Shown here: piece after piece, positions 52,033-63,920 of the stretch
Layout of the letters: every line of letters starts with the position of its first letter
Numbering within the stretch: the stretch's first letter is position 1
Assembly: GCF_006345805.1 (NCBI RefSeq)
Contig: NC_043003.1
Span: 14,384,001-14,448,000 of the forward strand
DNA from: Octopus sinensis
Taxonomy: Eukaryota
Direction: 5' to 3'
DNA length: 64,000 bases
Made by a program: the position numbers and the translations under genes
Notes under the pieces: generated by a model
Told to the model about the DNA's origin: nothing
Database searches by the model: none
The model's input: only the letters and a program-made list of their open reading frames with translations

Positions 52033-52090
52033 CTGAAGAGTTCTCAACATTGCCAAGTGCAATAGTTGGTGTGAAACTGTCAGTAACTTT
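52033..52090 (+). ncRNA. Hammerhead motif with intact core, weak helix I
   Basis: CTGAAGA-gttct-caac-attgc-caagt-gcaat-a-gttg-gtgt-GAAA-CTGTCAG-TA. Confidence 0.55.
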
Positions 52091-52294
52091 TTGACTGATT
52101 ATATGCCATAACCAGGTATATACTGCTTGATAATATAGAAGTGTATATCATCATCATCATCATCATTTAACGTCCGCTTTCCATGCTAGCATGGGTTGGA
52201 CGGTTCAACTGGGGTCTGGGGAGCCCGAAAGCTGCACCAGTCCAGTCAGATCTGGCAGTGTTTCTATATATATATATTTATATATATATATATT

Positions 52295-52367
<73 letters not shown>

Positions 52368-52610
52368 ATATATACATAATGCCAAACGACTCCATAAGGT
52401 CCAACAATCAACAGGAACTCAGCCACTTGCCTCTATGAGGCCCAATGCTCAAAGGAACTCAGCCACCTTGCCTCTGTGACACCCAACACTTGAAAGGAAC
52501 TCATCCACTTGCTCCATGAGGCCCAAATATATATGTATAGCTAAATGAAGAAAAGAAAATGGAGAGTAGGAGGTTAACAATTATTTATTATTAACAAATT
52601 GGTCATCTTT

Positions 52611-52711
52611 TCTTCTTACAGCTGTTTCAATTAATACTGAATAATCTAATTACAAATTTGTACATTAAGTTTGCATTTATGTGACATGAGCATAATTTCA
52701 TCAGAGAAAAG
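52611..52711 (-). ncRNA. Type-I hammerhead ribozyme, complete core
   Basis: cttttct-CTGATGA-aatta-tgct...agta-t-taatt-GAAA-CAGCTG-TA|agaaga. 6-bp helix I and palindromic ACAGCTGT helix III; predicted cleavage at 52617/52616. Confidence 0.8.
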
Positions 52712-53245
52712 GATGAAGACTATGTGTGTGTATATGTCGCAGCTAGCGTACATGTGTTTGTGTTGATTCACACACCATGACATTCATTATATGTGTGTTG
52801 ACATCACGGAAGCCATGTATTTTCGCCAAGAAATAATAAACAAAAATTGTGCTTAATCGTTTTCATTAATAAATAGAGGTCCAAATATCACAAAATCTCA
52901 TACTGCACTGCATAAAGTAAGTATGAAAATATACATGTAAAAAAAATTAAGATAAAATATACTGTTTTTGAGATATTTCAGGAATAAACAAACATCTTCT
53001 AGAGTTTTAGTATTATTGATATATATATATGCGTGTGTGTGGATATAGCACTAATGCAAGTTGTATATATTAAAAGAATCCAGCATCCACTGTAAAGTGG
53101 CTGGCGTTAGGAAGAGCATCCAGTGGTAGAAACCAAACCTACTCAGACTGGAGCCTTGTGCAGCTCTCCAGTAGCCAGCTCTGGTCAAACTGTCCAACCC
53201 ATACCAGCATGGAAAATGGACGTTAAAGGATGATAATGGTAATGA

Positions 53246-53288
<43 letters not shown>

Positions 53289-53438
53289 TGAGATCACCGT
53301 GACCGACCAGGCTATCAGATGTTGCTACATAGCCCTGGACAGAATGTGCTTCGCATTGTTTTAGCTGTCAAATGATGCCACTCTGCTGGCTAAGCGAGCA
53401 GGCCAATATATATATAAATGTGTATGTGTGTGTGTGTG

Positions 53439-53486
<48 letters not shown>

Positions 53487-53717
53487 ATGTGTGTATGTGT
53501 ATGTTTGTATCTTTCTTGTCTGGACAAGGGGAGATATTAACTTACTTAGAAATATGCAAAGGTTTGTGACAGGAAGGACATCTGGCCAAAGAAAAGTTTA
53601 ACCTCAACAGATTCCAGCATGGAAATGTGGACATTAAAGTGATGACAATAATGACGGTGATGACAACTAAAGCGATGACGACGACGGCGAGAATGACGGC
53701 ACTGAGATATATATTTT

Positions 53718-53768
<51 letters not shown>

Positions 53769-53798
53769 TGTTTTATTGTAGCTGGAAAACTACATCTG

Positions 53799-53836
53799 TT
53801 ATTACTCGGAATTTCATGTGGCCAATCATCAGACAA
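53799..53836 (-). ncRNA. Possible degenerate hammerhead
   Basis: ttgt-CTGATGA-ttggccacat-GAAA-ttccgag-TA|ataa. All invariant bases are present but helix II has collapsed. Confidence 0.35.
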
Positions 53837-55088
53837 AAGTGAAACTAAAAATCTATGGAACTACAGAATGGTTTTAAATGCTTATAAATGGTACAGTTAG
53901 GATTAGTTGGCAAATAATCAAATAAACATTTAAAACTGATCGAACATTTCAAAGTTTATGGAATCTTTTGGCTAATACTGTTGAACGTTGATGAAAAACA
54001 ATGTAAATATTAATGGTAAAGGAAATAATGTTGAGCAAAGTGAAGTGCTAGGCTTTGATGTAGGGAAAGAGTTGTAATATTTGCTGCCAAAGGAAAATTC
54101 CTGGCAAGAAGCATTTTGGAATTTAAGAAACGTAGATGGAAGAAGTCCGTAATATTGAAGATAAAAACAATGTATTAATTATGTAAAAATAGAAGGAAGG
54201 GCGTATGATTGTCACAGGGAAATATAAAAATGGTTTATGGAGGGGGCGGGGAAAGAGAGTGAAAGGAAGTTTGTGAAAGAAAAACGACAGCGATAAAAAA
54301 AAGCAGGAGGGTGTGTGTGTGTGTGAGAGAGACAGAGGGTGGAAAGAGTGAAATTAAGGGATGTGGGAGAGAGTTGTTAAGGGATGTAGGCGCGACGCTT
54401 TTATACACAACGACAGTGATAAATATTGATACGGAACATAAGTTTGAATAATATATATGTACATATGTATCATCATCATCACCACCACCACCACCACCAC
54501 CACCACCATCATCACCACCACCATCATCATCATCATCATCATCATTTAACGTCCATTGTCCATGCCGACATGGATTGGATGGTTTGACTGGGCTGGCATG
54601 CTGGAAGGTTTCACCAAATTCCAGTCTGATTTGGCATGGTTTACTGTGGCTGGATGCACTTCCTAACACCAACCACTCTAAGAGTGCAATGGATGCTTTT
54701 ATGTGCCACCGGCACAGGTGCCATTTGAGTGATATCAGGGTGCTTTTAGTTTGAAGGATGTTAAATAAAACATCTGTGAAAGAAAATAAATATGTCCCTA
54801 AATACTTGTAATAAAAAGAAGAAATTGGGATCATTTAAATAATATAAAACTCCAATTGCAGAATCTGTTGTGGTCTCATCCGATGATTTCCTTTGCCCCC
54901 CTCACTTTCCTTTGCCCCCCTAAATGTCCCTAAATACTTGTAATAAAAAGAAGAAATTGGGATCATCTAAATAATTACTCCAATTGCAGAATTTATTGCA
55001 GTCTCATCCTATGATTCAGGACTTTCAATGATGTCATCAAAAAGGTTGATTATGAAATTATAATTTTCTTTTGCAATAATAACAAGAT

Positions 55089-55581
55089 GTGGAGGTGCTT
55101 GGTGTAGTGGTTAGGGTGTCAGCACCATGATCATAAGATTGTGGTTTCGATTCCTGGACCAGGCGATGCGTTGTGTTCTTGAGCAAAACACTTCATTTCA
55201 CATTGCTCCAGTCCACTCAGCTGGCAAAAATGAGTAACGCTGTGATGGATTGGTGTCCCGTCCAGCTGGGGAACACATACGCCATAGAAACCAGGAAACC
55301 AGGATCATGAGCCTGGCTAGGCTTTAAAAGGAGTGGAGGCACGTGGATTAGTGGTTAGGGTGTCAGCATCATGATTGTAAGATTGTGGTTTCGATTCTTG
55401 GAACGGGCAATGCATTGTGTTCTTGAGCAAAACACTTCATTTCACGTTGCTTCAGTCCACTCAGCTGGCAAAAATGAGTAATGCTGCAATTGACTGGCGT
55501 CCCATCCATCTGGGGAACACATATGTCATAGAAACTGGGAAACCGGGCCCCATGAGCCTGACGATGTTTTAAAAAAGGGCG
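55089..55581 (+). mobile_element. Tandem pair of SINEs, head H1 + tail T2
   Basis: Two head-to-tail units (55089-55331, 55333-55581), each gtggagg...ttgagcaaaacacttcatttcac...gagtaa(c/t)gctg...catgagcctg...aaaagg. Confidence 0.8.
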
Positions 55582-56498
55582 TATTTATTTATATTATTTG
55601 ATAACAAGACATGAGGAGTATTTCTGTCTAGTTGCTGTAACTTTGGGAAATCTTTTTTTAACTATGTTATCTAACACATTAGCCCTTTTGGATGGTTTTG
55701 TCAAAAATGTACCCAATCTATTTATTGTTGACAAAAATATCTCATTTTCTTTTATAGCAGAGCATGTTTGTGAAAAAACTAAATTTAGGATGAGCACAAC
55801 AGCGAACATAGATCGCACATCCATAATTCTCTCTTACCTTTGACGCAACCTGTTTAATAGTTCTGCTATTGTAGTGGCACCATCCTAGGTTTGTGCAATT
55901 AATTTGTTTTCACACTTCCACGATTCATTCAATGCGTTTAAAAACATGTTCAGATAAAGCCTTTGCCGAGTGATCCGCACTGACATCATTAAAACTATTA
56001 AATTGTCCTTTAATAACACAATCTTTTGTAACATAACTCGAAGCTGTTGACAGTTGCAAATAGTTCAATACATAAGATGCTTCATCTACAAGAATAGCTA
56101 CAAATTGAGCCTGCTTCAATTCATTTTCTAATTCATTCAACATAACCTTTTGAATTGCACAAGTCAAATGATTTTGAATTCTGTTTGAGAGATCTGAGTA
56201 AAAACAGAAGCTGTATCTAGATGGCTTGCCAATTTTTTGTTGTATTTACTCATTAAATATAAGGATTCTTTATAATTTCCATGATTATTGGTTTCTTTGG
56301 ATTCAAAGTGGCCCCAAAATGATAATTCCAGGCATTGATCAATTGCCACAGATTGTATCTGTTTCATTAAACTTCTTCATTATGCTGTTGTAGGCTCTGG
56401 TTTTTTCTTTTTATATGCATCTATTTATAAATCTACATGAACATTTCCAATGTCTTTGCAAGCATTCATGTTCTAGCATGGCCACATGTATATTATTT

Positions 56499-56838
56499 GT
56501 GAAGGCGCATGGCTCAGGGGTTAGAGCATCGAGCTTACGATCGTGTGGTTGTGAGCTCGAATCCTGGACCAAGCTGCGTGTTGTGTTCTTGAGCAAGATA
56601 CTTTATTTCACGTTGTTCCAGTTCACTCAGCTGTAGAAATGAGTTGCGACGTCCCAGGTGCCAAGCTGTATCGGTTTTTGCCTTTCCCTTGGATAACACT
56701 GGTGGCGTGGAGAGTAGGGGCCGGTATGCATGGGCGACTGCTGGTCTTCCATAAACAACCTTGCCCGAACTTGTGCCTGGGAGGGTGGCTTTCTAGGTGC
56801 AATCCCATGGTCTGTGTCGTGACTGAAGTGGGGTCTCA
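56499..56838 (+). mobile_element. SINE head H1 + tail T1
   Basis: Paralog of 40367-40704, inserted in the hAT relic. Confidence 0.8.
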
Positions 56839-57141
56839 GACGTAGATTATTTATATCATTGTAACTTTCAGCACTCCAAACTATTTTTTCTTAACTAAAT
56901 AACAAGCATGACCAGTAGAATAACTTATTTGGCTTAGCACTTCCAGTTACCCATTTTTTCTTAGATTAATCTGAAATTGTCTCACACATTTCTTGTTGGA
57001 ACCTCACACATTAGGTAAGTTCAACATTGGTCTACCATTATTTGTAATTGTTTCCTTTCAAAGACATTTTTTTGAAAAAGTATTTAAAAAAAAATTTTTC
57101 TATAGCCATTTGGACTAATATTTCTAAAGTTCGAAAGCTAT

Positions 57142-57834
57142 TTAACCCTTTTGTTGCCAACCCGGCTGAAACCATCTCTGGCTCTGTAGTACAAATACCT
57201 TGTTTTCATAAGATTTGAATTAAAATTTTCCACCAAACCTTAGTCACAATTTATGTTCCTAACACCAGCTTAATGATAACTAAGTTATTTTACTAAATTC
57301 TTTGTTATATTTAAAATTAATCGAAAGAAACATGGAGCATCTCAACAGAAATATGGTAACAAAAGGGTTAAAATATATATGAGAGAAACAATTCTTAACC
57401 CTTTTGATACCAACCCAGCTGAAACCACCTCTGGCTCTGTAGTACAAATACCTTAGTCACAATTTATGTTCCTAACACCAGATTAATGATAACTAAGTTA
57501 CTTTACTAAATTCTTTGTTATATTTAAAGTAATTGAAAGAAACACAGATCATCTCAACAGAAATATGGTAACAAAAGGGTTAAAATATAATAGTGAAGCA
57601 ATTCTTAACCGTTTTGATACCAACCCGGCTGAAACCATCTCTGGCTCTGTAGTACAAATACCTTGTTTTCATAAGATTTGAATTAAAATTTTCCACCAAA
57701 CCTTAGTCACAATTTATGTTCCTAACACTAGCTGAATGATAACTAAGTTACTTTACTAAATTCTTTGTTATATTTAAAATTAATCGAAAGAAACATGGAG
57801 CATCTCAACAGAAATATGGTAACAAAAGGGTTAA
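57142..57834. mobile_element. Three tandem piggyBac-like MITEs with short spacers
   Basis: TTAA|CCCTTTTG...CAAAAGGG|TTAA units at 57146-57367, 57399-57579 and 57609-57830. Confidence 0.85.
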
Positions 57835-58611
57835 TGAAAGAAGTATGCACACAATTGTGTGTGTGTGTGTGCATGAATTGAGAGTCACTTTGAATAAAAT
57901 GGAAGACAATATTAGTAAATCAATGAAGTAACAAAAGTTCCGGGCTAAAAGGGAGAAATTCCAACTTCCATGGGACAGATATCCCAAGAGTCTTGCAATA
58001 TAACAATGAACATTAAATATCAAGAAGAAAATAAATAATTTTGTTCTGTTGGCAAAAATTTAGTCAGAGTAATCTCAATGATAGAACTGATCTGACTGAC
58101 AAAGAATTTGGTAAGGGTAAGGGCTGGAATTGCTTCTATTTTCTAGATTTAGTGCATTTTTGACTGAAGGTCAAATGGTCAGATCCGTTCAGCCATCTGG
58201 TCAATCTTTAGCTGCACCATTTGCAAAGAACTGACAGACTTTAGAGAAAGATATTGACAGATAAAGAAAGGAGACCAAAGACGGTGCCTTGATGCATTTT
58301 TAAGATTTCATGACTTTGAAGCTGTTTTTAATGGGATGAGAATAAGATCAGAATAAAGCTGCTTTAATATTCCAACTAATGTTAAATTCACATTGCATTG
58401 AAGGGTCTTCTTTGCTACAGATTTACTATTTAGTTCCACTTTCAACGATTTTGGTAACTTTTCAACATAGATTCAAATAAATTACGTTTTAAACTTATTT
58501 TTGATTTATATAAAAACAAATGGTCATTGGAGACTCTGCCTTTGGTATTTGTGCACTATTTTTTCTACCTTTTTATGCCCCTATGTGCTTACTTGTATGT
58601 ATGTATATGTG

Positions 58612-58800
58612 TATATACGATAGATCGTTAGCTCCTACACGCATTTTTTTCTCTCCTTTTTTTCTGTGTATCTTTCTGTCGAAGAGCATAGGCTCGAAAC
58701 GTAAAAGACTTTTTCTATTCCTGAGTGCTATACTAATACATTTGTTTGTTTGTACTCCACCCCTGTCTTCGTCTTTTGTTTATTTTCGTAAACTTTCCCT
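58612..58800 (+). mobile_element. HH-A family hammerhead-bearing repeat
   Basis: Motif at 58671-58708: TCTTT-CTGTCGA-A-GAGC-ATAG-GCTC-GAAA-CG-TA|AAAGA. Confidence 0.75.
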
Positions 58801-59254
58801 TTATTTAAATGTATATATACGTTCATATATATATACATATATATGACAGGCTTCTTTCAATTTCCATCTACTAAATCCACTCACCAGGATATATATATAT
58901 ATATATATATATCTTTATTTATTAATATTTAGTAGAAGCAACAGAGTGACTCAAAGTCCAGTGCTTCTACTAAATATTAATAAAGATATACATATATACA
59001 TGTTTTGAGTTCTATTTTTTTCTGTTTGCACCAACATACTTCTCATTGTGTTCAATGTTTTTTTGATGTCCTGTACCCATATATGCATGTATATATACAT
59101 ATAGATGTAGGTATGTACATATATGTATGTATATATGCATATATTTATATATTATTTATATTATATATATATATATATATATATGTATACATGTGCGTAT
59201 ACATATATATGTATGTATATCAATCGATCTCTCTGTCTATCTATCAATCAATCA

Positions 59255-59362
<108 letters not shown>

Positions 59363-59589
59363 CGTTTGTCAGTAGTTTTTACAAATATTGCTGATTGTAC
59401 TAGTTGTACACTGAATAGATCTATCATTATTATTGTTGTTGTTGTTGTTGTTGTTGTTATCATCATCATCATAATCATCACATTATGATAAATATATTCC
59501 CTTCAAGACAGTATACTTAGTACTTCCAGTTTTGCCCATAACACACGCACACACCTATGTACTTGTACATGTGTATGTATATATATATT

Positions 59590-59641
<52 letters not shown>

Positions 59642-59837
59642 GAAATAGACAGAGTGAGACAAATAAGATGAAAATAAGGAGAAATAAAGATACAATGATA
59701 GAGGCAGAATGATGGAAGAAATGATTTGAAAGTAATGAGACAAACAACGGCCAACTCAGAAATGGTAGCGAAATTAATGGACAAAGACAAATGGAAAGTC
59801 GGTCCATCAAAATACTTTGTAGCATGAACAAGCAACA

Positions 59838-59840
59838 TAA

Positions 59841-59897
<57 letters not shown>

Positions 59898-59912
59898 AAT
59901 AACAATAACAAT

Positions 59913-59996
<84 letters not shown>

Positions 59997-60015
59997 AGTG
60001 ATGATGATAATAATA

Positions 60016-60062
<47 letters not shown>

Positions 60063-60139
60063 AATAATTAATAATAATAATAAATAATAATAATAATAAT
60101 ATGATGATAATAATAATAATAATAATAATAATAAAATAA

Positions 60140-60183
<44 letters not shown>

Positions 60184-60212
60184 TAGAAATAATAATAATA
60201 ATAATGATGATG

Positions 60213-60254
<42 letters not shown>

Positions 60255-60278
60255 GCGATAATAATAATAATAGTGATG

Positions 60279-60310
<32 letters not shown>

Positions 60311-60347
60311 GATAATAATAATAATAGTGATGATAATAATAGTGATG

Positions 60348-60392
<45 letters not shown>

Positions 60393-60422
60393 GTGATAAT
60401 AATAATGATAATAATAATAATA
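59838..60422. repeat. (AAT/GAT)n microsatellite
   Basis: About 580 bp of trinucleotide repeat. Confidence 0.95.
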
Positions 60423-60857
60423 AACTTAATACATAAAAACTTCACCGTTTCTGACCTTGGATTCATTACACAGACTAATGCATTGTTCAATAGACAGAGT
60501 CCTGCAACCAATATTTCCAGCATTTATCTACTCGTCTCAAATAAAATCTATTATACTTTCAGACTCTATCGTTTGTTAAACAACGAACCACTGATTTCGT
60601 ATTAATGACTTTCTATCTAGAATTACTGCACTAAGTGACTTTAATAATTCCAAGAACTAATTCCTTGGTAAGTTATCGAATCAAATGCACTAATGGTTTA
60701 TGGAATCAAAATAGCAATAAAATGTTACAATTTTACGGTTTTAATCACCAAATCCTCTTCAAAATGCCCCCCCTATCTACACCTCAGTAAAAACAAACTA
60801 GAGTAGAAATGGTAATTTAGATTCTAGATATTTTTTCTATTATTATTATTATTATTA

Positions 60858-60898
<41 letters not shown>

Positions 60899-60916
60899 CA
60901 TTATTATTATTATTAT

Positions 60917-61352
60917 TAAGGTGGCAAGTTGGCAGAATTATTTGCATGCTGGGTGAAATGATTCATTCACTCACACACATACACACACTCAGACACACAC
61001 ACACACACACACTCACACACACTCAATCATTTCACCTGTTGCTACGTTCTGAGTTCAAATTCTGCTGAGGTCAACTTTGCCTTTCATCCTTACAGGGTCA
61101 ATAAAATAAGTACCGGTTGAGTACTGGTGGTGATATAATCGACTATCCCCCTCCCCCAAATTTCGGCCTTGTGCTTATAGTAGAAAAGATTATTATTATT
61201 ATTATTATATTATTATTATTATTATTATATTATTAAGGTGACGAGCTAGCATTGCTGGACAAAATGCTTAATGGTATTTCACCCGCTGCTATGTTCTGAG
61301 TTCAAATTCTGCCAAGGTCAGTTTTGCCTTTCATTCTTTCGGAGTTGATAAA
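60917..61352 (+). mobile_element. Two family B SINEs embedded in (ATT)n
   Basis: (att)n-aaggtggcaagttggcagaa ... agaaaagattattatt, followed by a second, 3'-truncated copy. Confidence 0.7.
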
Positions 61353-61356
61353 TTAA

Positions 61357-61596
61357 TTTACATTATTTACATTTGACAGATATTCGTCCTCATCTTGTTT
61401 GTTGCTAACACAACGTTTCAACTGATATAACCTCCAGCCTTCACCAGGTGTCTTAGGGAAATTTCGAACCTGGGTTCTTATTCCTAAGGTATTTTTTGAT
61501 GTTATTATTATTATCATTATTCAGGTCATTGCCTGGAATCAAACTCGGAACCTTGGGGTTAGTAGCTTGTGCTCTTAACCACTATGCCATATGCCC
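61357..61596 (-). mobile_element. tRNA-headed short element carrying a minimal hammerhead ribozyme
   Basis: Head GGGCATATGGCATAGTGGTTAAGAGC...CTACTAA...GTTTGATTCC (A and B boxes), (TAA)n linker, then GACAC-CTGGTGA-A-GGCTG-(10 nt)-CAGTT-GAAA-CG-TT|GTGTT at 61452-61407, ending in an aatgtaaat repeat. Confidence 0.75.
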
Positions 61597-62000
61597 GTGT
61601 GGTAAGTAGCTTGCTTACCAACCACATGGTTCCAGGTTCAGTCCCACTACGTAGCACCTTGGGCAAGTTACTAAGTTCTACTATAGCCTCAGGTTGACCA
61701 GAGCCTTGTGAGTGGATTTGGTAGATGGAAACTGAAAGAAGTCCATCGTATATATGTGTGTGTGTGTGTGCATGTGTGCGTGCATGCATGTGTGTGTCTA
61801 TGTATGTTTGTGTGTGTGTGTCACTTGACAACTGATGTCGGTGTGGTTACATGCCCGTAACTTAGCGGTTCAGCAAAAGAGACCGATAGATTGAGTACTA
61901 GGCTTACAAAGAATAAGTCTTGGGATCGATTTGCTCAACTAAAGGCGATGCTCCGGCATGGCACCGTCAAATGACTGAAACGAGTAAAAGAATAAAAGAA
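61597..62000 (+). mobile_element. SINE family A
   Basis: gtgtggtaagtagcttgcttaccaaccac ... gactgaaacgagtaaaagaataaaagaat. Confidence 0.8.
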
Positions 62001-62402
62001 TATTCCACAGTTGGTCATGTGATTTCACCAGAAATTCTGTATAATGGTCTGAAATTCTAGCACAGGGCCAGTAGCTTTTGAGGGGAGGGGCAAGTCATTT
62101 ACACCGACCTCAGTGTTCAGCAGAAAATTATTTCATTGATTCCTAAAGGATGAAAGGTAAAGTTGACCTCGGTGGAATTTGAACCCAGAACATGAAGATG
62201 GACAAAATGCTTAGTGGCATTTCGTCCGCCGCTTTAACAATTCTGCCAGCTTGTTACATGAAGAATTCTGTATGAGAACATCACCGTCATTAGAGGATTT
62301 ATATAAAAAAAAAAAAGAACTTTTAACAAAGAATTTCAAAATTAAAGAAGCTCAGTGGAAGGATGAATGGACAAACTTGACTGATTTCATAGTCAGATAT
62401 AG

Positions 62403-62785
62403 GTGGAGGCGCAATGGCTCAGTGGTTAGAGCAGCGGACTAGCGGTCGCAGGATCGCGGTTTCGATTCCCAGACCGGGCGTTGCAAGTGTTTATTGAGCG
62501 AAAACACCTAAAGCTCCACGAGGCTCTGGCAGGGATGGTGGTTTTCCCTGCTGTACTCTTTCACCACAACTTTCTCTCACTCTTACTTCCTGTTTCTGTT
62601 GTACCTGTATTTCAAAGGGCCGGCCTTGTCACTCTCTGTGTCACGCTGAATATCACCGAGAACTATGTTAAGGGTACACGTGTCTGTGGAGTGCTCAGCC
62701 ACTTACACGTTAATTTCTCGAGCAGGCTGTTCCGTTGATCGGATCAACCGGAACCCTCATCGTCGTAACCGACGGAGTGCTTCCA
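62403..62785 (+). mobile_element. SINE head H2 + tail T3
   Basis: gtggaggcgcaatggctcagtggttagagcagcggac ... ttgtacctgtatttcaaagggccggccttgtcac...cgtcgtaaccgacggag. Confidence 0.8.
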
Positions 62786-62814
62786 TTCCATTCCAGTCAG
62801 AAATAGGTCCAAGG

Positions 62815-63045
62815 AGGCGAGCTGGCAGAAACGACAGCATGCTGGATGAAATGCTTAGTGGTATTTCGTCTGTCTTTACATTCTGAGTTCAAATTCCGCC
62901 AAGGTTGACTTTGCCTTTCATCCTTTTGGGGTCGATTAAATAAGTACCAGTTATGCACTGGGGTTGATGTAATCGACTTAATTCCTTTGTCTGTCCTTGT
63001 TTGTCCCCTCTGTGTGTAGCCCCTTGTGGACAATAACGAAATAAG
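62815..63045 (+). mobile_element. SINE family B
   Basis: aaggaggcgagctggcagaaac ... tagccccttgtggacaataacgaaataag. Confidence 0.8.
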
Positions 63046-63164
63046 AGATACGTGCAAGTGAACTCACAGAACAGTCCTTACTGACAGGAAAAAGGAAAAC
63101 TAGTGAAAAACAAAATCCATACACACACCCACCATTTGTCTGTCTGTCTATTTCTTTCTCTGTA

Positions 63165-63200
<36 letters not shown>

Positions 63201-63322
63201 CATACATACATATACATACATATATATATATATTATATATATATATGTATAATATATGTATATATATATATACACACACACATTATACATACATATATAT
63301 ACATACATACATATATATATAC

Positions 63323-63418
<96 letters not shown>

Positions 63419-63424
63419 TATAAA

Positions 63425-63745
63425 GACTCCGCCGGTTACGACAACGAGGGTCCCAGCTGATACGATCAACGGAACAGCTTGCTCGTGAAATTAACGTGCA
63501 AATGGCTGAGCATTCCACAGACACGTGTACCCTTAACGTAGTTCTCGGGGATAATCAGCGTGACACAGAGAGTGACAAGGCTGACCCTTTGAAATACAAG
63601 TACAACTCATTTTTGCCAGCTGAGTGGACTGGAGCAACGTGAAATAAAGTGTCTTGCTCAAGGACACAACGCGTCGCCGGGAATCGAACTCACAACCTTA
63701 CGATCATGAGCCGAATGCCCTGACCACTAAGCCACGCGCCCTCAC
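63425..63745 (-). mobile_element. SINE head H1 + tail T3
   Basis: Minus strand gtgagggcgcgtggcttagtggtc...ttgagcaagacactttatttcacg...aaatgagttgtacttgtatttcaaaggg...gtcgtaaccggcggagtc. Confidence 0.8.
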
Positions 63746-63870
63746 ATATATATATATATACTTACATATATACACACACACATATATGTATATATGTATA
63801 TATATGTATATATATATATATACATATATATGCATACATACATATATATACATACATAATGTGTATATAT

Positions 63871-63920
<50 letters not shown>

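Larger units (their letters stand above)
54725..57020 (-). pseudogene. hAT-Tip100-type transposase relic (TTF zinc finger + DUF4371/ZMYM1-like), interrupted by SINEs
   Basis: Fragments in order on the minus strand: WVTGSAKPNKLFYWSCLLFS (about 56990-56900); FWGHFESKETNNHGNYKE; FVAILVDEAS...QLS; LGTFLTKPSKRANVL; ...FSFTDVLFNILQTKS. Multiple stops and frameshifts. Confidence 0.75.

Noticed and set aside
57142-57834. Repeat-spacer pattern reminiscent of CRISPR
   Set aside because: The context is eukaryotic, the repeats are about 220 bp with piggyBac TIRs and TTAA, and the spacers are related to each other.
62251-62402. ORF EEFCMRTSPSLEDLYKKKKELLTKNFKIKEAQWKDEW
   Set aside because: A short island between two SINEs with no recognised motif or splice support.
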